DNA of 64,000 bases. Origin: Chloroflexota bacterium (GTDB lineage: Bacteria > Chloroflexota > UBA11872 > VXNJ01). The first letter of the stretch is position 1, and each line of letters begins with the position of its first letter. The translations under genes were made by a program, and so were the position numbers. Positions 8,821-18,514 of the stretch are shown here, in pieces. Location of the stretch: NCBI GenBank assembly GCA_965261345.1, contig OZ253449.1:352001-416000 (forward strand). The letters are read 5' to 3'. The notes below the pieces were generated by a model. The model worked only from the letters and a program-made list of their open reading frames with translations. It ran no database searches and had not been told where the DNA came from.

Positions 8821-9294
8821 TTAGCCCTGCTCAACCAGAAGCTGAAGGACCAGCGAGACGAGGTAGGCCACCGCTCCGGACCAGGCCGCCAGCCCAACCC
8901 GGCCGCGCAGTGGCGGCGGGGCGAGCGACAAATGGCGGCGCAGGCGCTGCGGCAGCACCGCACCATCCCGCCAGACCAGAAAAAAGGCCGTTCCGGCCAG
9001 CGCCAGTTTGAACGCCAGCAGGCCGACGTAAAGACCGGACAGATTGGGTCCGGGTAACCGGGCAAAAATCAGTGCCACGCCACTGAGCAGGAACACGCCT
9101 ACCGTATTGGCCATCAGCCGTCCCAACCGGGCGGAGAGATCGACCCTGTCGCTGGGCCCGGCCAGCGGGGCAATCACATAGAGGAAAAGCAGCCCGCCAC
9201 CGACCCAGAGGGCCGCCGCCAGGACGTGAATAAACCGCAGCCCGACCAGGGCGGCGGTCACTCCCCAGTGAACCTCAGCCATTGGTTTCGGCAA
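8821..9294 (-). CDS. CopD/DUF4149-like four-TM membrane protein
   Basis: LRFIHVLAAALWVGG and LLAFKLAL patterns typical of CopD-like proteins. Confidence 0.65.
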   Translation of the reverse strand: MPKPMAEVHWGVTAALVGLRFIHVLAAALWVGGGLLFLYVIAPLAGPSDRVDLSARLGRLMANTVGVFLLSGVALIFARLPGPNLSGLYVGLLAFKLALAGTAFFLVWRDGAVLPQRLRRHLSLAPPPLRGRVGLAAWSGAVAYLVSLVLQLLVEQG

Positions 9295-9916
9295 GCGCGG
9301 CAGCGGTCAACTCGCGCAGGGTGCCTTCCGAAAGCGGTCCGATCCAGCGACCGACCAGGACGCCGTTGCGGTCGATTACGAAGGTCTCGGGAACTCCGGC
9401 CACGCCGTATTCGATGCCGATCGCCCCACTATCGTCGAGCGCCAGCGGAAAACTGAGGTCATGCCTTAGGGCAAATTCGCGCGCACCGTCTTCCTGGTCC
9501 CAAAGACCGATGCCCATCAGGACGATCCGATCCTGGTCAGATTCGCGCCAAAAGCTCTCCAACACCGGGGCTTCGACCTGGCACGGAGCACACCAAGAGG
9601 CGAAAAAGTTGAGCACGACAACCCGGCCGCGCAGCCTCGCGGGCGAGACCTCCCGGCCGTTAAAGTCCATCAGCACAAAGTCGGGAGCCGGTCGCGGCTC
9701 AATCCGGCCGCGCCGCGCCTGGGAATTTACTCCCGGCGCAGCACCCGAATTGCCGCCCAATGACAATCCCAGGGCGAGCAGCAGCGCGATTGCCCCGGCA
9801 ACAACCAATCCGGCCAGGGCAAGCTGTCCGGCGCCGATTTGACCGCCGCCATCATTGGCGGTCCCATCGGCGCGGCTATTGCGCGGTGCCGGCAAAAAGT
9901 GTGTATTCGGTCCCAT
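9275..9916 (-). CDS. ccmG: TlpA/CcmG (DsbE) family thiol-disulfide oxidoreductase
   Basis: TM anchor, APDF, VVLNFFASWCAPC, GVPETFVID. Confidence 0.9.
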   Translation of the reverse strand: MGPNTHFLPAPRNSRADGTANDGGGQIGAGQLALAGLVVAGAIALLLALGLSLGGNSGAAPGVNSQARRGRIEPRPAPDFVLMDFNGREVSPARLRGRVVVLNFFASWCAPCQVEAPVLESFWRESDQDRIVLMGIGLWDQEDGAREFALRHDLSFPLALDDSGAIGIEYGVAGVPETFVIDRNGVLVGRWIGPLSEGTLRELTAAALAETNG

Positions 9917-10370
9917 CGACGCTGGGCAGGACCTGCGGACCCAACGCCGGCGGGGACTGGGAGAGGGCGATCATGGCGATCGTCGCATTGATTGCCGGCA
10001 ATTTCTCCAGGCCGGCAAGGTCATCCAACGAGATCCATTCGGCTCGATCGGTCTCCACCCCATCAGGTGTGGGTTCACCCGCGCGATATTCAAGCAGAAA
10101 GACGATATAGGTGCTATTGAATTCGTCAACTCGCGAACGCAACCCCAGCACCCCACGCACCCGCGCGGTGACCCCCGATTCCTCGGCGACCTCCCGCACA
10201 ACCGCCTGCTCGAGCGTCTCGTCACGTTCGATGAAGCCGCCCGGGATCTGCCAGTTTCCACGCCCGTATTTCGACGCCCGCCGCACCATGAGCAGTTTTC
10301 CGCGATGCACCACCGCACCGCCCACGCCGACGTTGTAGCCGGTGTTATACGCGCGAAAACGAGCGCTCAA
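9876..10370 (-). CDS. Nudix hydrolase
   Basis: Nudix box GGFIERDETLEQAVVREVAEESG. Start placed at TTG 10370; the longer ORF runs into the lon upstream region. Confidence 0.88.
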   Translation of the reverse strand: MSARFRAYNTGYNVGVGGAVVHRGKLLMVRRASKYGRGNWQIPGGFIERDETLEQAVVREVAEESGVTARVRGVLGLRSRVDEFNSTYIVFLLEYRAGEPTPDGVETDRAEWISLDDLAGLEKLPAINATIAMIALSQSPPALGPQVLPSVDGTEYTLFAGTAQ

Positions 10371-10537
10371 CCGTAAACCCGGCAGTATAAATTCAATTTC
10401 TGGCGCGTGATTGGCATCGTTACGATCTTCAGGCTGTCCAATATTTTCCGGCGATGCGGAACCAACTCCCATATTGCCGTGGGCGGGACGCTCAAAGATT
10501 TCGGGATAATCACAAACTAGATCAATTCGACCAGCCA

Positions 10538-12907
10538 ATGCCAAATTCTCTTCCCGAGAGCGGGCCGCCGGCCAGCGATGACGCGCTCCCCTCCAACGAC
10601 CAGCAAATCCTGGCACTGGCAGTGCGCGGAACCGTCCTGTTTCCGATCAGCGACGCCTTAACCCCGCTGCTGGTATCGCGCGAAAAGAGCCTGGCCGCGC
10701 TGGAGGCGGCGATGATGGCCGACCGCCGGATCCTGGTGGTTGCCCAGCGCGAGATCGAAACCGAATCGGTGAGTGGCCAGGATCTATTTACGGTCGGCAC
10801 GCTGGCGCTAATTAACCGGATCCTGCGTCTGCCCGACGGCACAACCTCGGTGTTGGTTGAGGGGCGGGCCCGGATGCGGATCGAAGCCATCGAACAGGAA
10901 AATCCCTACCTGGTGGTCAGGGCCAGTCGCATCGGGATTGTCGGCAGTGACCAGGAGCGTTTGAACGAACTTGGCCAGGCGGTCCTGGAGCTATTTGAAA
11001 AGGCGGTGGATCAATCCGAAGACCTGGAGAAGGAATCGTACGTGCGCGCGCTCAATGCCGCAACGCCCGGGGAACTGGCCGACGTGGTCGCCTCCAGTCT
11101 CGAGCCGCCTTATCTTCAGGCCCAGGAACTCTTGGAGATCGAAAACGCCACCGACCGGCTGCAGCGCGTGCGCTCAATCCTGGAATCGGAAATCGCCGTC
11201 CTCTCAGCCCAGCGCCGGATCCGTGAGGGCATCGCCGCCCGAGTTGAGGAGGAACACCAGGAAGAGATCCTGCGCGGCCAGATGGCGGCGATCCTAGAGG
11301 AAATCGGTGATTCCGACGCGGCATCGCGGGACGTGCGCGATCTGACTAAACGCCTCACCAAGGGCCGCTATCCAAAGTCGGTTCGATCCCGGATCGAGAA
11401 AGACTTGGCTCGACTGGGCGAGATTCCCCAGGGTTCGCCGGAATTGAACGTACTGCGCAACTATCTGGAATGCTTGCTCGACCTGCCCTGGCGAACCTAC
11501 ACAAATGACCGGATTGACCTTCCCCAGGCCAAGGCGATCCTGGACGCCGGTCACTACGGGCTCGACGATGTCAAGGAGCGAATCCTCGAATTCTTGGCGG
11601 TGCGCAAATTAACCCGGTCGCGGCGCGGCCCAATTCTTTGCCTGGAGGGTCCGCCGGGGGTGGGCAAGAGCAGCCTCGGTCGCTCAATCGCCAAGGCGAT
11701 GGGGCGCAAATTGGTTCGGGTATCGCTCGGCGGGGTGCGCGACGAAGCCGAGATTCGCGGCCACCGCCGTACCTACATCGGATCCATGCCGGGTAGGATC
11801 ATGACCGCACTGCGGGATGTCGGATCGGCCAACCCTGTCTTCGTGCTCGATGAGATCGACAAGCTGGGAATGGATTTCCGGGGTGACCCGGCCACAGCCC
11901 TGCTCGAGGCGCTCGATCCCGAGCAAAACTCAGAATTTTCCGATCACTACGTCGAGGAGCCGTTCGATCTGTCACGAGTCTTCTTCATCACCACCGGCAA
12001 CGACATCTCAGATCTGCCGCCCGCGCTGATCGACCGGATGGAGATAGTTACCATCCCTGGTTACACTGACCTGGAAAAATTCGCGATTGCCCGCACCCAT
12101 CTGATGCCACGCCTACTTCGCCAGCACGGCTTGGACCCGGGCCAGTTCGCAATATCGGACAACGCCCTCGCCCGCCTGATAGCCGAATACACGCGCGAAG
12201 CCGGGGTTCGCGAGCTCGATCGCCAGCTGGCCGCGCTCTGCCGCAAAGTCGCAGTTGAAGTGGTCGGCGGGCGGCGGCGCATCACCCGCGTGACCATCGC
12301 CAGCCTGCGCCGGTTGCTGGGCCGACCGCGCTTCGGACAACGCCTGCAATTGGAACGGGATACGGTGGCGGCCGCCAACACCGTGTTCACCAACGCCGCC
12401 GGAGGGGCCCTAATGCCGGTCGAAATCAGTGTGGTTCAGGGCAAAGGGCACCTGGAATTGACCGGGCAGATGGATCCGGTGCTCAAAGAATCGGTCCAGG
12501 CCGCCCGGACCTACTGGCGAATGCGCGCCGGTCAGTTGGGGACCGACCGGGCCGATTTCGACTTGCTCAATTTCCATGTCCACATCCCGGCCGGAGGGCA
12601 ACCCAAATCGGGCGCTTCGGCCGGCCTGTCGATCTGTGTGGCCATGAATTCGGCTCTCACCGGGCGGGCGGTTCGGTCCGACACGGTGCTCTCGGGGGAG
12701 ATATCGCTGCAGGGACAGGTGATTCGTACCCAGGACATCAAGGCCAAGGTGCTGGCCATCGGAAGGGCTGGGCTGGCGCGATTTATCCTGCCGGCCGATA
12801 ACCGACAGGACCTGGAAGCGGTTCCCGAGCAGCTCCGCAAAGGAATCGATTTCATTCTGGCCGACAGCGTTGACGAGGTCGTCAACGCCGCCCTGGCTCC
12901 GGTTTAG
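10538..12907 (+). CDS. lon: ATP-dependent protease La (LonA), divergent protease domain
   Basis: LON_N domain, Walker A GPPGVGKS, RGHRRTYIGSMPG, LDEID, LLEALDPEQN. Ser-Lys dyad retained 43 aa apart. Confidence 0.95.
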   Translation: MPNSLPESGPPASDDALPSNDQQILALAVRGTVLFPISDALTPLLVSREKSLAALEAAMMADRRILVVAQREIETESVSGQDLFTVGTLALINRILRLPDGTTSVLVEGRARMRIEAIEQENPYLVVRASRIGIVGSDQERLNELGQAVLELFEKAVDQSEDLEKESYVRALNAATPGELADVVASSLEPPYLQAQELLEIENATDRLQRVRSILESEIAVLSAQRRIREGIAARVEEEHQEEILRGQMAAILEEIGDSDAASRDVRDLTKRLTKGRYPKSVRSRIEKDLARLGEIPQGSPELNVLRNYLECLLDLPWRTYTNDRIDLPQAKAILDAGHYGLDDVKERILEFLAVRKLTRSRRGPILCLEGPPGVGKSSLGRSIAKAMGRKLVRVSLGGVRDEAEIRGHRRTYIGSMPGRIMTALRDVGSANPVFVLDEIDKLGMDFRGDPATALLEALDPEQNSEFSDHYVEEPFDLSRVFFITTGNDISDLPPALIDRMEIVTIPGYTDLEKFAIARTHLMPRLLRQHGLDPGQFAISDNALARLIAEYTREAGVRELDRQLAALCRKVAVEVVGGRRRITRVTIASLRRLLGRPRFGQRLQLERDTVAAANTVFTNAAGGALMPVEISVVQGKGHLELTGQMDPVLKESVQAARTYWRMRAGQLGTDRADFDLLNFHVHIPAGGQPKSGASAGLSICVAMNSALTGRAVRSDTVLSGEISLQGQVIRTQDIKAKVLAIGRAGLARFILPADNRQDLEAVPEQLRKGIDFILADSVDEVVNAALAPV

Positions 12908-12945
12908 CCGCAAGGCCCAGGTTGCGGATGCCACCCGGTCGGATG

Positions 12946-13998
12946 ATGTTTAACCCGCTCAATGCGCTGCTCGGCCGCTTCTCGGCCGACATCGGAATCG
13001 ACCTGGGTACCGCCAATACCCTGGTTTACGTGCGCGGGCGGGGGGTGATCATCAACGAACCGTCGGTCGTGGCGATTGAGCAGCGCTCGCAACGCGTACT
13101 GGCGGTCGGCAGTCCGGCCAAGGCGATGGTCGGACGCACTCCGGAAAACATCGTCGCCCACAGCCCGCTGCGTGACGGCGTCATTGCCGACTTTGATGTC
13201 GTCGAGCGAATGCTGAGCTACTTTGTCAGCCGGGTGCAAACGCATCCCTTTCTACTGCCGCGCCCAAGGGTGATCGTCGGGGTGCCCTCCGGCGTTACCG
13301 AGGTTGAAAAGCGCGCGGTGCACGAGGCCGCGATCTCGGCCGGTGCCCGCGAAGCCTACTTGATCGAAGAACCGATGGCGGCGGCCATCGGAGCCCGCCT
13401 GCCGATCCAGGATGCGGTCGGCAATATCGTGGTCGATATAGGCGGCGGGACAACCGAGACGGCGGTGATTGCGCTGGGGGGAATCGTGGTGTCCAATTCG
13501 GTGCGCACAGCCGGCACCAAAATCGACCAGTCGATCGTAGATTACGTGCGCTCAGAACATGGACTGCTGATCGGCGAGCGCTCGGCCGAGTCCTGCAAGA
13601 TCGAGGTCGGTTCGACGCGCCCATTCGAGGGCGAGGCATCCACCATCATCCGGGGGCGCGATCTGGGTACCCGGCTGCCACGCTCGATGGAAATTTCCAG
13701 CGGCCAGATTCGCGACGCCACCGGTACAGTCGTTACCGAAATCGTCAACTGCGTCAACTACGCGCTCGAAGCCACGCCGCCCGAGCTTCTCTCCGACATC
13801 ATGCTGGCGGGAATTTGCTTGACTGGCGGCGGGGCCCTGCTGCGCGGGATCGACGCCACGATCCATGACGCGACCGAGATTCACGCAGTGGTGGCTGCGG
13901 ACCCACTCGAATCAGTGGCCGTCGGAACCGGCATCTGTCTTGAAAACATTGACCTCTACCGCGAGATTTTTGTCGGCGGCGAGGCCGTGGTCGCGTAA
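12946..13998 (+). CDS. mreB: Rod shape-determining protein MreB
   Basis: IGIDLGTANT, EPMAAAIGA, VDIGGGTTE, LTGGGALL. Confidence 0.98.
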   Translation: MFNPLNALLGRFSADIGIDLGTANTLVYVRGRGVIINEPSVVAIEQRSQRVLAVGSPAKAMVGRTPENIVAHSPLRDGVIADFDVVERMLSYFVSRVQTHPFLLPRPRVIVGVPSGVTEVEKRAVHEAAISAGAREAYLIEEPMAAAIGARLPIQDAVGNIVVDIGGGTTETAVIALGGIVVSNSVRTAGTKIDQSIVDYVRSEHGLLIGERSAESCKIEVGSTRPFEGEASTIIRGRDLGTRLPRSMEISSGQIRDATGTVVTEIVNCVNYALEATPPELLSDIMLAGICLTGGGALLRGIDATIHDATEIHAVVAADPLESVAVGTGICLENIDLYREIFVGGEAVVA

Positions 13999-14012
13999 GG
14001 CGGGTACGGCCG

Positions 14013-14831
14013 ATGGCCCAGCCGCAAAATTCCCTTTGGGCGCTGGTGTTGGGTGGCCTTCTTTGCCTGCTGCTGGCCATTCTCCACAACAACGGTGCGC
14101 TCACCCGGGTGGAGGACCTTACCGTGCAGGCGGCCGCCCCTTTCCAGCGAGGTATCGGGCGTATTACCGGAGACGTAGCAAATTCGATTTCGGCGGTGGC
14201 GAACATTGGATCGCTGGCCGACGAAAACGCCCAGCTGCGCAATTCGGTGGGGGTACTCCGGTCCGAGCTGGCGCGCCTGCGGCAACAGAGCCGGGACGAT
14301 TCCGAACTGGTCGCCGCGGCCAACTTCGCGGCCGCCCATCCCGAGTTTGAATTGGTCCCAGCAACGATCGTGTCCGGGGATGGCTCGGCCCTGTACGAAC
14401 TGCTCCAGATAGATCGGGGGGCCAATCACGGACTGGACTTGGGCATGGCGGTCATTTCGCTGCGCGGGTTAGTTGGCCGATTGGTTGACGTGAGCCCCGA
14501 TTCGGCCTGGGTATTGCCGATATCCAGTCCCGATTCCTCCGTGGCGGTCTCAGTGCAAGGGAATTTTGACGAAGTGATCGGATCAGTCCAGGGGACCGCT
14601 ACCACTCTGCTGGAGATGGATAACATCCTGCTCGGAGCCGACATCGAGCCCGGGCAATTCGTGATCACCTCGGGTCTGGGATCGCGGCTGCCACGCGGGA
14701 TCCTGGTGGGACACGTGATCAACGTCCGCGACCGGGCCGAAATCATAACTCGTTCGGCCGACGTCCAACCAGCCGTAAATCCCGCCGGCATCACTCAGGT
14801 TCTGGTAGTGGTCGCCGAGCGTCGGGCATGA
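14013..14831 (+). CDS. mreC: Rod shape-determining protein MreC
   Basis: TM, coiled coil LADENAQLR, IDRG..G, GLVG, ITSGLG..LPRGI; lies after mreB. Confidence 0.92.
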   Translation: MAQPQNSLWALVLGGLLCLLLAILHNNGALTRVEDLTVQAAAPFQRGIGRITGDVANSISAVANIGSLADENAQLRNSVGVLRSELARLRQQSRDDSELVAAANFAAAHPEFELVPATIVSGDGSALYELLQIDRGANHGLDLGMAVISLRGLVGRLVDVSPDSAWVLPISSPDSSVAVSVQGNFDEVIGSVQGTATTLLEMDNILLGADIEPGQFVITSGLGSRLPRGILVGHVINVRDRAEIITRSADVQPAVNPAGITQVLVVVAERRA

Positions 14832-15403
14832 TCAGACAGATCGGCGCCGGACTGCCCACGATTCAGTTGCGGCCCCCGTCCTGGCGCCGGTTGGGGTTGG
14901 CGGCGGCGCTGTTGGCGGGAGCCCTACTGCAGACGGGAATGGATGGTGCGCTGGGCTTCGCCGCGCAACTGCCCGATTTCTGCCTGGCAATCCTGATCGT
15001 GCTCGCATTCACCTCGCAGCGCCTGGGAACTCTGGCGGCGGCGTTCCTGGCGGGACTAGTGCTCGATCTGCTCAGCGGCACGGTCGCCGGTGGGCAGTCG
15101 CTGGCCCTGATGCTGGCGCTGCTGCCCACCCTCCATATCCGATTCGTGCTCTTCGGCAGCTTGACCGTCGCAATGGCTGTCGGCGCGGGGTTGGCCACGA
15201 TCATCTACTATCTGGTCTTCGGCCTGCTGCTTTCCCGGCAAGGACTGGATCTGCCACTGGCTTCGACCCTGTCGGCTACCGGACTGGCGGTAGTGCTCAA
15301 CCTGCTGCTGACGGTTCCGGCCTATTGGATCTGGGCCCGATTCGAGCGTGGACTGGCCCGGCGCCGGTTGCCGGTCGCCAATTCGGCCCGTTTCTTCGGC
15401 TGA
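14828..15403 (+). CDS. mreD: Rod shape-determining protein MreD
   Basis: Hydrophobic; PDFCL and GLVLDLLSG...G motifs; lies between mreC and mrdA. Confidence 0.85.
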   Translation: MIRQIGAGLPTIQLRPPSWRRLGLAAALLAGALLQTGMDGALGFAAQLPDFCLAILIVLAFTSQRLGTLAAAFLAGLVLDLLSGTVAGGQSLALMLALLPTLHIRFVLFGSLTVAMAVGAGLATIIYYLVFGLLLSRQGLDLPLASTLSATGLAVVLNLLLTVPAYWIWARFERGLARRRLPVANSARFFG

Positions 15404-15406
15404 ACC

Positions 15407-17311
15407 GTGAATACACCCCAATCACAGGTCCCGCTACTTGGCGATCGCCGCAGCCGGCGTCGGCTGCTGCTCGGATTGCTCGCCGGCGTCGGCGGCGCGG
15501 CGGTGGTTGGACGCCTCTGGCAATTGCAGATATTCGACCACGAAGGTCTTGCCCTACAAGCCGAGGCCAATCGTACCCGCATCGAGGAGGTTGCGCCCCT
15601 TCGCGGCGGAGTTTTCGACTCCACCGGTCGACAGCTGGCCGACAACGTCCCGGTATTTGACCTGTGGCTGGAAACCGAGCGAGCCGATATCGACACCTTC
15701 CCGGAACTGGCCTCCCTGGTTGGCGAATTGACCGAGCAGGACCCCGAACAGCTCTTTCGGACCATCGAGCGGGCGACCCTTAACCGACTCGGCCGCATTC
15801 AATTGGCCCGCGGCATTGAACGAATCGCCGCATTGACCGCCCGCGAGCAGTCTTTTCGCTTCCCTGGTCTGGAGCTGGGGGCGCGTTACCGTCGCCAGTA
15901 CTTCGATGGGCAGGAGATGGGGCAGCTGGTCGGATTCACCGGCCCGGTTCCGGCCGAGGCGCGTGAGAGATACCTTGAACGCGGCATCAACCTGTCAGAA
16001 GGCGTAGGGTTGGCCGGCATCGAAATGCATTTCCAGGATGAATTACGCGGCTTTAGCGGCCGGCGACTGCTCGAGGTCGGCGCCCTCAACCAGGACGTTA
16101 GGGAACTCCACTACACCGCCCCGATATCTGGCGCCAACGTGCACCTGTCAATTGACACCCAGTTCCAGCGCGGCGTAAACGACATCCTCGAGCGCTTCCT
16201 GGGCGAATCAGGCGCCGGAGTGGTGATCGTTCTCAACCCGGGCAATGGGGACATCCTAGCGATGGTCGATTACCCCACCTACGACAACTCGGCGTTCGCG
16301 TCCGGTATCTCCGATTCCGAATTCCAGGCCCTTGTCTCAGACCCCCGCAACCCGCTGATCAACCACGCCATCTCCGGTCTCTACCCGCCCGGTTCGACGT
16401 TCAAGGTCGTAGCTGCGACCGCCGCGCTTGAGGAGGGAGTGATCGATTCGACCACTCCATTTGAATGCGACGGCAACCTGATCCTCCCGTCCGGTTGGAT
16501 TTTTCACGACTGGCTGGCCACCGGGCACGGGACGGTCAACCTGCACCGGGCGATATCAGAATCGTGCAACGTGTTTTTCTACAAGATCTCCGGGGGCGAC
16601 CCTTACGCCGGATTCCTGGGGGTTCGCGATAAGGCGCTGGCCCGTTACGCCCGCGGTTACGGCTTCGGTCGACCAACCGGCATCGATCTTCCCCATGAAT
16701 CGGCCGGAGTGGTGCCCGACAGCACCTGGAAACAGGAAAATCTAAACGCCCCCTGGGTAACCGGCGACACCTACCAGGCGGCAATTGGGCAAGGATTCGT
16801 ACAGGTTAACCCCCTGCAACTGGTCAACATGTACTCGGCCATCGGCAACCGCGGGACCATCTACCGCCCTCGCCTGGTGACCCACCTTAGCAATCCGGAC
16901 GGCGCAACGATACGCCGGATCGACCCGGAAAAAATGGGGCGGATCCCGATCTCGCCCGAAAACCTGGAGCTCGTGCGTAGGGGCTTGGAGGACGCGGTCG
17001 ATGGCGTCAATGGAACCGGATTCCGCGCGCGCACCGATGTCGTGCGGTTTGCCGCCAAGACCGGGACCGCCGAATACTCGGGCCAGCGCGATACTCGCGG
17101 AAATCTGCCGGCCCACGCTTGGTTCGCCGGTTACGCCCCGCACGACCAACCGGAAATCGCGTTCGCGGTGCTAATCCGCGACGGCGGCGAAGGATCAAAC
17201 GCCGGCGCACTGGTTGCCCGCGACGTCCTTGAACTCTATTTCGGCGGGCAGGTTCCCCCGATGCGCTATCCGAAACTGGCCGAGCTGGCTATCCAGCGGG
17301 AATCGGCCTGA
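15407..17311 (+). CDS. mrdA: Penicillin-binding protein 2
   Basis: RLWQLQI, YPPGSTFK (SxxK), SCN (SxN), KTGTAE, HAWF. Confidence 0.95.
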   Translation: MNTPQSQVPLLGDRRSRRRLLLGLLAGVGGAAVVGRLWQLQIFDHEGLALQAEANRTRIEEVAPLRGGVFDSTGRQLADNVPVFDLWLETERADIDTFPELASLVGELTEQDPEQLFRTIERATLNRLGRIQLARGIERIAALTAREQSFRFPGLELGARYRRQYFDGQEMGQLVGFTGPVPAEARERYLERGINLSEGVGLAGIEMHFQDELRGFSGRRLLEVGALNQDVRELHYTAPISGANVHLSIDTQFQRGVNDILERFLGESGAGVVIVLNPGNGDILAMVDYPTYDNSAFASGISDSEFQALVSDPRNPLINHAISGLYPPGSTFKVVAATAALEEGVIDSTTPFECDGNLILPSGWIFHDWLATGHGTVNLHRAISESCNVFFYKISGGDPYAGFLGVRDKALARYARGYGFGRPTGIDLPHESAGVVPDSTWKQENLNAPWVTGDTYQAAIGQGFVQVNPLQLVNMYSAIGNRGTIYRPRLVTHLSNPDGATIRRIDPEKMGRIPISPENLELVRRGLEDAVDGVNGTGFRARTDVVRFAAKTGTAEYSGQRDTRGNLPAHAWFAGYAPHDQPEIAFAVLIRDGGEGSNAGALVARDVLELYFGGQVPPMRYPKLAELAIQRESA

Positions 17312-17314
17312 GCC

Positions 17315-18514
17315 GTGGATAAACTGACCGCCGCATTGACCACGATCGAGCGTCGCGATGTCGTACTGATGCTGGCGGTCTTTGGCCTGGTGGGGGCTTC
17401 GCTGGCCACCCTCGCGTTCCTGGGCGAACCGATAAGCGCCGGGTTTTCCTCCCAGCTGCTGCGGCAGGGCCTCGCGGTCGGGGTCGGCTTGGCCTTCTAC
17501 GTCATTCTCGCGCGGCTAAATTACCGGATGTGGTCGAATCTTGCTTGGGCCACATACGGGTTGGCCCTGGTGTTGCTGCTGGCGGTGCTGATTTTCGGCG
17601 TCGAGCGCGGTGGCTCGCAGCGCTGGTTCCTCCTGGGCGCATTTCAATTCCAACCTTCCGAATTCGTCAAGATCGCACTGATCGTGGTATTGGCCCGCTA
17701 CTATTCGCGGACCGCAGCGGCAACTGGCACTCTGCATGGCCACCTGCTCGGTGGGCTCATCACCCTGCCGCTAGTGCTTCTGGTGTTGCGCCAACCCGAC
17801 CTGGGGACCGCCTTGCTGTTCGTTGCGATCTGGCAGGGTATCGCGCTGGCCGCCGGGGTCGCGTGGCGGCACGTGGTCATACCCCCGCTGCTGGCGATCG
17901 TGGGCTCGCCACTGATTTGGTTGGCCATGCAGCCTTACATGCGCGAACGGATCTTGGCATTTTTTGATCCCAGTTTCGATCCGCTGGGGTCGGGTTACAA
18001 CGTCCTGCAGGCACGGATCGCGATCGGTTCGGGCGGCCTGTGGGGGCGTGGCCTATCGGAGTCCTCGCAGACCGTGCTGGAATTCCTGCGGGTCCGCGAG
18101 ACCGACTTCATCTTTGCGGTAGTGGCCGAGCAGGCGGGCCTGATGGGGGCGTTGATCATAATGGCGCTGTTTGCCGCGTTGGTCGGCTATTGCCTGGTCG
18201 TGGCGCTGACCGCCAATGAGGAGTTCGGCGGCCTGGTCGCAACCGGGGTCATGCTTGTATTCATGTTGCAGGTAATCGTTAACGTCGGCATGAACGTGGG
18301 TATCGTCCCGGTGACCGGCCTCACACTGCCGCTGGTTAGCGCCGGCGGCAGCTCGGCGTTAGCGATGCTCTCCGCGCTGGGAATCGTCACCAGCATTTCG
18401 CAGCGCCGCAAGCCCTTTTCGGCCGTTCCGGAATTGGCGTTGGGCGAGGGGCAGTTAGATAGCCGCGGCGGCGGGGTACCAGAATTTGCGCGATCGGGTC
18501 ACCGTGCCCTCTAG
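17315..18514 (+). CDS. rodA: Rod shape-determining protein RodA (SEDS)
   Basis: QRW, QPSEFVK, QPDLGT, GSGG, TDFIF, PVTGLTLP..SAGGSS. Confidence 0.95.
   Translation: MDKLTAALTTIERRDVVLMLAVFGLVGASLATLAFLGEPISAGFSSQLLRQGLAVGVGLAFYVILARLNYRMWSNLAWATYGLALVLLLAVLIFGVERGGSQRWFLLGAFQFQPSEFVKIALIVVLARYYSRTAAATGTLHGHLLGGLITLPLVLLVLRQPDLGTALLFVAIWQGIALAAGVAWRHVVIPPLLAIVGSPLIWLAMQPYMRERILAFFDPSFDPLGSGYNVLQARIAIGSGGLWGRGLSESSQTVLEFLRVRETDFIFAVVAEQAGLMGALIIMALFAALVGYCLVVALTANEEFGGLVATGVMLVFMLQVIVNVGMNVGIVPVTGLTLPLVSAGGSSALAMLSALGIVTSISQRRKPFSAVPELALGEGQLDSRGGGVPEFARSGHRAL

Noticed and set aside
1329-10370. c-type cytochrome substrate within the ccm cluster
   Set aside because: No CxxCH motif in any supported CDS.
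12600-12760. Lon as a dead protease
   Set aside because: The catalytic Ser and Lys are both present at canonical spacing, so it is reported only as divergent.
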